This document shows positions 1-10,700 of a stretch of DNA of 64,000 nt, one piece after another. A program made the position numbers and the translations under genes. Each line of letters starts with the position of its first letter. Position 1 is the stretch's first letter. Source of the stretch: Malacoraja senta (Eukaryota); NCBI GenBank assembly GCA_038087875.1, contig CM075981.1:1612001-1676000 (forward strand). Reading direction: 5' to 3'. The notes beneath the pieces are model-generated. The model ran no database searches, had not been told where the DNA came from, and saw only the letters and a program-made list of their open reading frames with translations.

Positions 1-2288
1 TTGCTAACTAATGAATGGTTTTGCAGAACTGCAAAGGGTATTGTGACTAAAAAGGGAAGAAGCCCGATACCAAGTAGTACTGCAGAAAAAAACACATCTG
101 CTCTAAACAATAAGAACCAGTGCAGAAATGTGCTGATTGTGTGATTAGCTGGACACATGACTACTCATGTATAAATATACTGCCTGTGCACAGAACAATT
201 GAGTGGGACCGTGAGGGGCAACGATTATGTAAACATACTCATGGATGCTCTCCAACTCCCACGTGCGTAATAAAGAGGAATTGTTACATTCTTAAAGTGA
301 CTAATGTGGTTTGTTGTTTGATAGCGCGGATTGAAATTTAACATTGGCGTAGTCGGCAGGATTTCGCTGGGACCATCCCTGACGACTGCGTAAGCAGCTG
401 TTATCTGGCCGGGTCCTCGAGGGGGTAAAAAGTGTACTATCGGATCCATTGAGTCTGAACTCCCGAACGAGTTTTCGGGAAACCGTGGTCCCTCGTCTGA
501 GGTTGATCTGGTTCCCTGCCGAGATCCACAAGAGTCAGAGGTAAGAGAAACATCGTTATAATGGTCAAAAGGTGGGTTAATTGAACATTCAGACTAAGAA
601 GAGTGGGGTCTGTGTAAATTAAGATAATAATTGAACATTCCCATCGTAATTCCTTGCAAAGGTCAGCCTAAGCACACCACAACCCATTGTCTCTGGGCCA
701 AAATATTATGGGTTCAAGTCCGTAAAGGGGCAATAGATCAAGCAAGAACATGGGTTCAAGATGATAGTGGTCTAAAGCAGATAAGCCCAAGATGTAAAAT
801 AATCCTCAAGCGTGGGTAAGGGGCCTCACTGAAACTTGGTCAAGACTGGATTTTACCTGCCTCAGTGACCAGTTGCAAATAAACTGATCTTAAGTGAGCC
901 CATCCCTAGATACGGCCTAGCCAAGAGGAAATGGGGAGGGATGTGAGTAATTTAGCGTGGAACGGCAGAAATATTCATAGATTTTCTAATTTATTAGAAT
1001 GCAAGAAGTAAGTCAAGAGTGTTTTATTATCATAGAGTATGTACTTGCAGCAGCACAATAGAGCAATATACATGAATTCCTTTATCTTTTGTACTAACTG
1101 AGAATGCAAGGTGGAGGAAGGGGAGGAAGGCAATGTAGATGTGGTTGTGTAAAAGGCAATGAATGCTTTGTATCTGAGGGCATCTGCCCAAGGACATGTG
1201 TAACTAAATTTGGCCAATGTGTAATAAAAATAATTTGTTCTGAAAATAAGCCCCCGGAGTCCACGTGAAATGTTCCCATCTACAACGCCCCTCCCCAGTA
1301 CATGAGTACACGACCTACGGGGTAAGTTGGGACAAATGGCCTGTTTCTGCGTTGTATGACTCAATGACTTCAATACAATCTAGCCTGGGAACAATTGTTT
1401 CTTTGATATTAAGGGATCTATGGAAATAGAACTAGTACTGGAAACTGACATGATAAAGGATAAGCTACGATTTTAATGCATGGTGTAGTTATGAAGGACC
1501 GAATGGGGCCTGATATATTTGTTCAATAAATTGTTCACCCAACAATACACATTTATTTGTTTTGAACACATTTCCAGTCAATGTACAAACACATCAAAGG
1601 CCAACGTGCGATGGAAAGAAATATATAGTTCTGAGCCAAATGTGTGAGCTGCATCTTGCTGTGGTCAACGTGCTTCCTGTTAATATGAGCCGTTGAGCAA
1701 AACACAAAAAAAAACACTTCAGTGGTTCAAGCAGCATATGTGAAAGGAAATGGGCAGGTGACATTTCAAGTCAGGACCCTACTTCAGACTGGTGTTACTT
1801 TTTCAGAATATGACTGCAGCAGCAGAAACCCACAAACAAACAATGTTCATAGGTTCATAAGTTCTAAGTGCAGATTTAGGCCTTTCGGCCCATCAAGTCT
1901 ACTCCGCCATTCAATCATGGCTGATCTATCTTCCCCTCTCAACTCCATTCACCTGCCTTCTCCCCATAACCCCTGACTCCCACACTAATCAGGTATCTGT
2001 CAATCTCTGCCTAAATATCCATCGAATTGGCTTCCACAGTTGTCTGTTGAAATAAATTCCACAAATTCACCAACCTCTGACTAAAGAAATTTGGCCCATA
2101 TCTCTCTAAACCTATCCTGTCCAGCTTCCCTCAGGTTCCTATTAAATCTTTCCCCAACCTTAAACCTATGCCCACTGCTTCTCAAATGATGTCCTCTGGT
2201 TCTCAAGTATTCAGCAATAACATGTAGAGTATAAGAATGTTATCTCAGGGAGAGCACATTGCCCTGGCAGGTCAGTGGGTGGAACACA

Positions 2289-2776
2289 GTGGCACAGCGG
2301 TAGAGTCGCTGCCTTACAGCGCCTGAGACCCAGGTTCGATGCTGGCCTCGGGTGCTGTCTGTATGGAGTTTGTACGTTCTCCTTGTGTACACATGTTTCT
2401 CGGGGTGCTCCGGTTTCCTCCCACACTCCAAAGACATATAGGTTTGTAGGTTGTTAAAGAAGGAACTGCAGATGCTGGAAAATCGAAGGTACACAAAAAT
2501 GCTGGAGATACTCAGCGGGTGCAGCAGCATCTATGGAGCGAAGGAAATAGGCAACGTTTCGGGCCGAAACCCTTCTTCAGACTGAAGAAGGGTTTCGGCC
2601 CGAAACGTTGCCTATTTCCTTCGCTCCATAGATGCTGCTGCAGCCGCTGAGTTTCTCCAGCATTTTTGTGTACCTTAGGTTTGTAGGTTAAATTGCACAG
2701 TAAATTGTATATGGGGTGAACACTGGTTGGCGCGGTCTCAGTGGGCCGAAGAGCCTGTTTCCACGCTGTATCTATA
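2289..2776 (+). mobile_element. tRNA-derived V-SINE (HE1-like), split by the palindrome (also ~41216-41703)
   Basis: tRNA-like head gtggcacagcggtagag...ggttcgat, then the V-domain ggagtttgtacgttctcc...ccggtttcctcccacactccaaagac. Confidence 0.75.
2453..2675. mobile_element. PLE-derived palindromic insertion (95-bp arms, 2486-2676) inside a V-SINE
   Basis: Inverted arms around a 1-nt centre (2581), two mismatches; 14-bp direct repeat taggtttgtaggtt at 2439-2452 and 2676-2689. Confidence 0.85.
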
Positions 2777-3844
2777 ACGTTTTTTTGCCAATTGCACACT
2801 CCAGAAGTAGATGGATAACAGTTTTGTCCAGAGCACAGCTGCCTTGTGCAGATCTGTGGTTGTGCAACACAACGCAACGCAAAAAGGATCTGACTTTGGA
2901 GCCCTTCCCACCACCACCCAACGTAGGATGTTCACAGTCGGCTTGCAAAACCATCGAGGAGGATGTACCATAGACTTAATTCTGCAGTTTGCTTGCCGGT
3001 TTGCAAGCATGCAGCTCCCATGTTGCTACCCAGGGTTCAATCCTTGTTCTTGCCTGCAAGGTAAGTTGAAATATATGTCAGACAATCACACATTGGCACA
3101 GCAGGTAGAGCCGCTGCCGCACAGCATCCGAGTCCCAAGTTCGATACTGACCTCGAGTGCTGTCTGTAAATCATTTGTAACCAATGATGTAGAATTTCAT
3201 GATCACGGCAGGATTAAAAACGTATTAATTTGTATGAATCTCTGGAGGAACTCCAGGAATCGCAAAACATTAAAGTGAATCTGCTTGGCCGTCACTCCAT
3301 ATTTTCCTTACTTTTGTCAAAATTATTTTGAAATGTATCTCCCAGTAGGTGTGGAGACGCTCAGGAGGGAAGTCCAGAAGAGAGTGTGAATGGTTTACAT
3401 CAGCGTGGCCAAGCAAAACCTGGGCCACAGTTTCGCTGAACACTTGTGCTTGGTCTGTCATGACCCAGAATCGCGCTTGATAGACACCCCATCCTCAACC
3501 TCCCCCGCTGATGCAGAGCAGCAGCAGTTTAGCACGATGCACTGCAGCAACTCACCAAGACTCCCTCGACAGCGCCTTGCAATTGCAAAAGGCTCCGTGT
3601 TCAAGGCATTATTCTTCACCATTCCCACCAACACTGGCTGGGAAGTGCTTTGGAACGACCTGTGCAGGTGGTGAGGGACGGTGTACAGTATCTGTCTCTC
3701 ATCGCAATCTAGGTGGAATTCAACACAGTTACGAAAATGATTGGGCGGTCTCCCCTGTACACAGTGATGTATATTATAATGTATCTGTTTGTGAAAGGCT
3801 AATTTTCCTCTTCAAATTATGAAATATTTAACCTTCAGTTTCAT

Positions 3845-4138
3845 GTGCACTGTGGGCAGGGAGCGCAGAAAGAGTGGTTGTAGGTAAAGCGATCACAATC
3901 GTATGTCACTATGCAGCAGCGTACCGCTCACACACAAATACTGGTGCCGTGGGACAAGTCGCCAACGTACACGTGTGGTGGAAACAAATGGGAAACATGG
4001 ACAGAGCGGAAGAGTGTCAATCACAGATAACCCGGCACGAGGAACATTTACTGTGACTGTGGAGGATCTTAACTCTGGAGATACAGGATGGTACAGATGT
4101 GGAATTATTACATCTGGCGATCCAACATTTAAAGTACA
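3845..4138 (+). pseudogene. Orphan V4-type Ig pseudo-exon (copy A)
   Basis: V4-like sequence. Acceptor tttcag mutated to tttcat; 1-nt deletion (cacacaaatactgg) frameshift; C' Cys to Arg; 3' end and donor lost after FKVH; no leader upstream. Confidence 0.9.
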
Positions 4139-5099
4139 CAACAAAAACCGTGCAGGTTTTCATATCCTGAAGTTAAACCAAATCTCGATGTATATGATAT
4201 CACGAGGTATTGTCAGGTTGTACGTGTGCAGAATGGATTTCTGTGCCCGGTGTGGATTCATAGGGGTCCATCTTCCAGACAGCAATGTGTTGGGGGTGGT
4301 CGGGTCAAATAAAGCGTGGTTCCCACTGTCAATGAGTCTGATGACTTCACATTGTCTTTTGCAGAGACGCGATGAGTCAGAAGCTGGCCACTCGACCCAC
4401 GAATTACAATGAAGACACCTAGCTTGCACCAACAGTGAGGGAATTCTGCACCGCGATGAAATATTTATGCATCATCCTGCTTTGTCAACTGATATCAATT
4501 CGACGGAATATACGTCTATTGCAATTCAACTAATGAATTCATGAAAGTGACTTCAAAGCAATGTTCCAAAGTTTCCAAACCATATCTGTTTCCAAAACGC
4601 ATTTCCCGCAATGATCTGATTGTTTGTCACCTCTTCCAAGGTTTCTTTCGTCACCTTCGAACTGTTGTTTTAACCTTTGCATGTTTTCCGTTGCTCCAAC
4701 GTCTTATACTCTGTTAAACTATATTATATGCATTCAACTTCCTGGAAAAAAATGTTTTCGCTGATTACTGAATAATAATGCATCATAATGCTTCTTAATA
4801 AATTGTTATTGTCGATAAATTGTTTGTCTGATTTGTTTTGTATATACTGCAACTTTAGTGATGAAGAACAGACTGCAATCAGACTGCTGGATATTCCTCC
4901 GGTTGCCAAACGTTAAAGGCGTTTAGGAAAGGCAATCAGTTAATCTTTCAGACCATGCTATTCTATCAAATCAAAGTTATGCAACGACATTGTTTTGACT
5001 ATTAGCCTAATTTTTTTTATCTCCACAGATGTTGACTGACGCGCTAAGCACATCTAACATCTGCAGATTTAATTTCCGATATGCAACTAATTTTTAGGT

Positions 5100-5700
5100 T
5101 GGAAGGAACTCCAGATGCTGTTTTAAACTGAAGATAGACATAAATTGCTGGGGTAACTCAGCGTGATAGGCAGTCGCTTGTTGCCGCTCAGTCCGCCTAA
5201 ATCTACCTGATATCCCGGTCGCTAAACACTTTAACACCCCCCTCCCATTCACACACTGACATTTCAATCCTGGGCATCCTCCATTGTCATAGTGAGTCCC
5301 AGCGTAAATTCGAGGAACAGCACCTCATATTTCGCTTGGGCATCTTACACCCCAGCCGTATGAACAATTACTTCACTAACTTCAAGTAACCCTTGCTTTC
5401 CCTCTCAATCCACCCGCCCTCCCCTCCCCTCCCCCACCTTCCCAGTACTCCGATCAGTTTGACAGTCCCCGGTTATATTTTATCTCTAATTGCGTTGTTG
5501 TCACCTTCTCCCAGCTAACAATAATCTATTCTACATTTTCCTTGATCCACATCACCTTTGGTTTCACGCCTTACAGTTCCTTATCCAAGTATCTCCCTCT
5601 CCCCTGACTTCAGTCTGAAGAAGGGTCTCGACCCGAAACGTCACCCATTCCTTTCATTCATAGATGCTGCCTGTCCCGCTGAGTTACTCCAGCATGTTGT
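5100..5700 (+). mobile_element. Penelope-like element 3' fragment with inverted 5' tail (also ~43985-44705)
   Basis: Decayed GIY-YIG C-terminal homology (PVAKHFN..PSH, HLIFRLG) plus a ctgaaga...gaaacgtc hammerhead-type motif at 5615-5642. Confidence 0.75.
5615..5642 (+). ncRNA. Minimal type I hammerhead ribozyme-like motif of a Penelope-like element
   Basis: CTGAAGA-A-GGGT(CTCG)ACCC-GAAACGTC: CUGANGA core, stem II, GAA followed by palindromic ACGU and H. Similar copies at 2582(+), 2552-2580(-), 24013-24040(-), 35019-35046(-), 44617-44644(+), 58515-58542(+). Stem I looks weak. Confidence 0.6.
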
Positions 5701-5923
5701 ACAACAATATTTTTTGATTAAGTGATTGAATGATACAGCATGGATACAGACCATTTGGCCCACCGATTCCACGTAAACCAGCAATCAACCCTTCCACACT
5801 AATTCTATATCACCCCACTTTCGCGTCTTTTGAGTACAGTAATATTGATATACATTTTAATGCTGCAACGAGTTATTCATTTTGTCTACCGTACAAATGA
5901 GTTAAAGGACAAAAATAAAGGCC

Positions 5924-6120
5924 ACGATGGCGCAACGGTAGAGTTGCTGCCGCACAGCGCTTGCATCGCCGGAGACCCGGGTTCGACGTGTATGGAGTTT
6001 GTACGTTCTCCCCGTGATCGCATGGGTTTTCTTCGATATCTTCCGCCTCCTCCCACACTCCAAAGACGTACAGGTATGTATGTTAATTGGCTTGCTATTA
6101 ATGAAAATTGTCCCCAGTGT
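5924..6120 (+). mobile_element. V-SINE (also ~44922-45125)
   Basis: Same head and V-domain. Confidence 0.7.
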
Positions 6121-6973
6121 GTATGCGGTCAGTGTGGACTCGCTGCTGACACTTTGCTCGCGTTGCTACAACAAGGGTGTGTAGATTCGTATCTCTGAAC
6201 CGCATCTTGCGAGCAACTCGTTGTAACATTGTTTGCTGAAGAGTGTTTGCAGAAGTCATGGGTCAATGGCGAATGAAGACAGAATTAAATTGTTTTGGTG
6301 CATCGTCGGTTCCTCTTTGCAGTATGTTTAGTTGGGCAAGTAAACATGAAATAGCTCCTAACAAAAGATCCTTTACAGAGGGCCGTCAACGCTCATCTAA
6401 CATCAGTGGCGGACACATCAATGTGTTACACCGATGCCACGTGATACACAACATTGACACTGATGTACACAACCCGAATAAACTGCACTCTTCCCCTGAA
6501 AGTAACACACCTAGAACGATAGCCCGCTGCAGATATTAGGCTATATTATAATGCAACTATTTGCCTACAGATTGAAATGAATCGATGCAAGCAGATGTAA
6601 AAAGTCAGCAACTGACATATACATGAACAGAACACTGATAATATATGAGCTCTGTATTGCAATGAAGACAAGTTAACAATTCTATTCAACGTGCATATTT
6701 TACCTTGCTTTAACTTCACTAAGTGTATCACTTCGCCCTTGTTTGAATTACATTACACATGTCAGTTACATTCCACATCCCGCTTTCCCACTTGATCTCC
6801 ATCCTGTGGTAATTCTAGACAAACGTATTCACAGTCCACTACACCATTAATTCTCATTTTCAAAACGTGAATACCATGACAATATTGTTTCAAAGTTTGA
6901 ATTAAAGAGTTGAAGCAGAGAGGAGAAGGTCAAATTCCAATTAACCTCAGCTGATTTCAGGTGAAAATCCCCT

Positions 6974-7654
6974 ACTTCCTCACGCCAGCTTCCTGTTTTG
7001 CCCCTTGTCCCCAGTAATATGCCACAACAAAAGTTCCAATTATTATATTTTTAATCTGCCGGTCCACTTACAAAATCAACGAGAAGAAATGATCCGAAGT
7101 TTACACATCTTAGACGTTTCTACTCTTCTAAATGTCATATTTTATCCAATGTATCATTGTTTACAAGAAGGGTCCCGACCCGAAACATCACCTATCGATT
7201 TTCTCCAGAGATGCTGCCTGGCCCGCAGAGTTCCTCCTGCATTTTTTTTGTCTAGCATTATTTCCACCACTGTTCAGTGTTAACAGACTCTGAGTACAGA
7301 GATAATCACAGCTCCATCCTTACGGATACATCACACTTGACGAAGTGGTTGAAGCAGCAGCAATAACAACATCTAACGAGCATTGGACAGGTCCATGTAA
7401 GGGGAAGGTTTGGGGAGTTTCGGGTTTAAATGTGGGAAAATCTAACTAACTTAGATATGCACATTGGTCTAACGCGTTGGGGAGAAGGGCCTGTTTCCGT
7501 GACGTATGACTCTGTGATCATCTGACCCAACCATTTGTTAAATATAACCCTGATCCTTTCACACTGTAACGTGTGGAGCTGCTGCTGGCTCGCTGTGGTT
7601 CAGGATCTGAAGTCCTGTTCCCTTCTTCGTCATTGCTATTTGAGAGATGCGGTT
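6974..7654 (+). promoter_or_regulatory. Candidate haematopoietic promoter/enhancer motifs upstream of the gene A ATG
   Basis: ACTTCCTC (PU.1/ETS GAGGAAGT, minus strand) at 6974-6981, CTTCCTGT (ETS) at 6989-6996, RUNX-type TGTGGTT at 7594-7600 and TGCGGTT at 7648-7654. Short motifs only. Confidence 0.3.
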
Positions 7655-7720
7655 GTATCTGAGAGCTACGAGCTGAGCGACAGACAGACAAGTGCTGGCC
7701 TCGTCACTGTGGATAAAACA

Positions 7721-7757
7721 ATGTGGATTCCCATTCTTCTCATCTCCTCGCTGCCGG
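7721..7757 (+). CDS. Gene A exon 1, signal peptide [12 protein letters not shown](G)
   Basis: aaaacaATG start, hydrophobic leader resembling CD300-family MWLP..LPG leaders, phase-1 donor G|gtgagt. Confidence 0.85.
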
Positions 7758-10700
7758 GTGAGTGAAAGCCAGATCCGGATATTCCAATGATCAATGTTAT
7801 TTGGGGTCTCATGCACCCTTTCCACAGCAGAGATAGTTAAGTATGTGTAGACATGTAATGGGGGAGATGCAACTCAGTGCATTGTGGTGATGGATCTGAA
7901 ATCACATTTGAATATCTAGACTATGTTCGTAGTTTAACCACTGTTGACACGGTCTAATTGCATCCTGGTGATAGTTTATAGGCATAAAATAGCAAATGAA
8001 TTTGGAGCAGATACTCCAAGATACCTGGACCGAAGGACAGAGGTTACAACATCACCAGGAAGTTAATTCTACACCTTTTAAATGTGTTTACAACTGGGGG
8101 GGGGGGGTGGTCGGGATTGTGGACTCATTGTATCAGTTCAAATATTCCCTGCATTTGTCCAACTCAACTCTGTCGCAAACCCAACAATTCCCCGCAGTCT
8201 GAGACTGAACCACTGTTCTCGCTCTATCCACCCACCCCCAACTCTCTCTCCATCCTCTTTCCAATCCGCAACCCAGTCGCGCTAAAATGCAAGTTCAGGT
8301 TATTGTCACGTGTACCGAGGTACAGTGAAAAGCTTTTTGTTGCGTGCTAATCAGACAGATACATGATTATAATCGATCCTCTTACAGTGCATAGATACAT
8401 GAAAGGGAAATAAAGTGTAAGGTAAAGCCAGCGAAGTCCGATCAAGGGTATTCCGAGGGTCACCAAAGAGGTAGATAGTTCAGCACTGCTCTCTGGTTGT
8501 GGTAGGATGATACTGATGTGTGAGTGCAACTGGAAAGGAACTGTCCCCGAATCTGGCGGTGTGCGTTTTCACGCTAGTAACGCTCTCCGGTAATATACCC
8601 GCATTATTGTAACTCGTCCGTCCTCAGTGTCCTCAGTCAGGGCTTTATAAAGGCAGTGGCGGCGGTGAATGTCTAAACACGGGTCCGGCCCAGTGTCGGT
8701 TGAGAGATAAATGTTTCCGGGACATCTGGGCACCGCCTGGGGTTGAATACATCCTTGACAAGTATTGTAACATAGTTGTATAGTTGTTTATTTCGTTTAT
8801 TTGTTTGTCTTGTATTATGGTGGTGGGTTCTGTTTTGTTTTATTGTATCGTCAATATTATTTTCAATAATTAAATAAATTATTTGATAATATTTTTTTTT
8901 TAAACACGTGTCCGGCCCAGTGTCGGTTGAGAGATGAATGTTGGCTGCGCAGCCGGCGGCACCGCCAATTAAATAGCAAAGTGGGGTCTTTCTTTAGGGT
9001 GAGAGGCCGGGCACCGCCTGGGATTGTTGGAAGGCAGCTCCTGCAACACTGCCGCGCTCCCTCAGAACCGCACTGCGATCCCAGCCCAGTTTCTGCTCAG
9101 GGATCTGGAGTGGGAAGTGAACCCAAATTGTACTGAGCCGCGGACAGAACATTGACACAACTGGTACAATAACAGCACTGTCTGCACTTCAGACCGGAGA
9201 CATTGGTCGTGAAGCAATATGACACATTATGGAACGTTTTACGTTTTCTTTCATGTAATCTTCAAAATGTATCAATTACCATTAAACAGTTAATTTGCTC
9301 TCCATCTGAAAGTTTCTCCGCTCAGTTTCAGGTGCAGTGTGGGCAGAGTGGGAAGTAAAAGGAGTTGTGGGAAGAGAGATCACAATCGATTGTCACTATG
9401 CAGCAGAGTACCGCTCACACACAAAATACTGGTGCCGTGGGAGGAGTCGATCGTGTAGAGTTTTAGTGGAAACAAATGGGCAACACGGACGGAGTGGAAG
9501 AGTGTCAATCACAGATAACCCGGCACGAGGAATATTTATTGTGACTGTGGAGGATCTTCACTCGGAAGATACAGGATGGTACAGCTGTGGAATTTCAACA
9601 TCAGCCGACCATCCAATATTTAACGTTTTACTCGAAGTATCTGACGGTATGTTTCGCAGCGAATGACTTGACGTCTCCAGCAGAAAGACAATACAGGATT
9701 ACAATCGATCCTCTTACAGTGCATAGATACATGAAAAGGAAATTACGTTTAGTGTAAGGCGAATCCAGCAAAGTCCGATCAAGGGTAGTCCGAGGGTCAT
9801 CAAAGAGATAGATAGTTCCGCACTACTCTCTGGATGTGGTAGGATGATTCAGATGCCTGACAACAGCTGTGAAGAAATTGTCCCCGAATCTGGCGGTGTG
9901 CGTGTTCACGCTAGTAACGCTCTCCGGTAAGGGACCTGGAGGTGGGTGGTGAGTGGGCGAGTGGTGAGTGGGTGAGTGGTTGGGTGAGTGGGCAGATGCA
10001 TGGCAGATGAAGTTTAATGTGGATAAATGTGAGTTTATCCACTTTAGTAGCAAAATCAGGAAGGCAGATTATTATCTGAATGTTGTCAGGTTGGGAAAAG
10101 GGGAAGTACAAAGAGATCTGGGGGTCCTTGTTCATCACTCACTGAAAGTAAGCATGCAGGTACAGCAGGCAGTGAAGAAAGCTAGTGGCATGTTGACCTT
10201 AATAACAAGAGGAGTTGAGTACAGGAGCAAAGAAGTCCTTCTGCAGTTGTACATGGCCCCAGTGAGACCACACCTGGATTATTGTTTGCAGTTTTGATCT
10301 CCAAATTTGAGGAAGGACCTTCTTGCTATCGAGGGAGTGCAGTGTATGTTGAGGGAGTGCAACAAGGTTAATTCCCGGGATGGCGGGACTGTCATCTGTT
10401 GATTGAATGGTGCGGGTGCGCTTGTATACTCAGGAATTTAGAAGGATGAGATGGGATCTTATTGAAAAATATAAGATTATTAAGGGATTGGACACGCGAG
10501 AGGCAGGAAACTTTTTCCCGATATTAAGAATAATGGATAGGCCATTTAGAACGGAGATGAGGAAAAACGTTTTCACCCAGAGAGTTGTGAATCTGTGGAA
10601 TCATCTGCCTCAGAAGGCAGTGGGGGCCGATTCACTGGATGCATTCAAAAGAGAGTTAGATAGAGCGCTTTGGGCTAGCGGAATCAAGGGGTATGGGGAA

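Noticed and set aside
631-819. 62-aa ORF also open at 39265-39453 and in a related frame at ~36540
   Set aside because: TTG start, no recognisable domain or splice context; openness is explained by short length and recent duplication.
2289-2360. tRNA genes
   Set aside because: These are tRNA-derived SINE heads continuing into the V-domain; no complete cloverleaf.
9944-9994. (gagtggg/gagtggt) short tandem repeats as a CRISPR-like or regulatory array
   Set aside because: Irregular slippage repeats at the 5' junction of a CR1 fragment, with no spacer structure; eukaryotic context.
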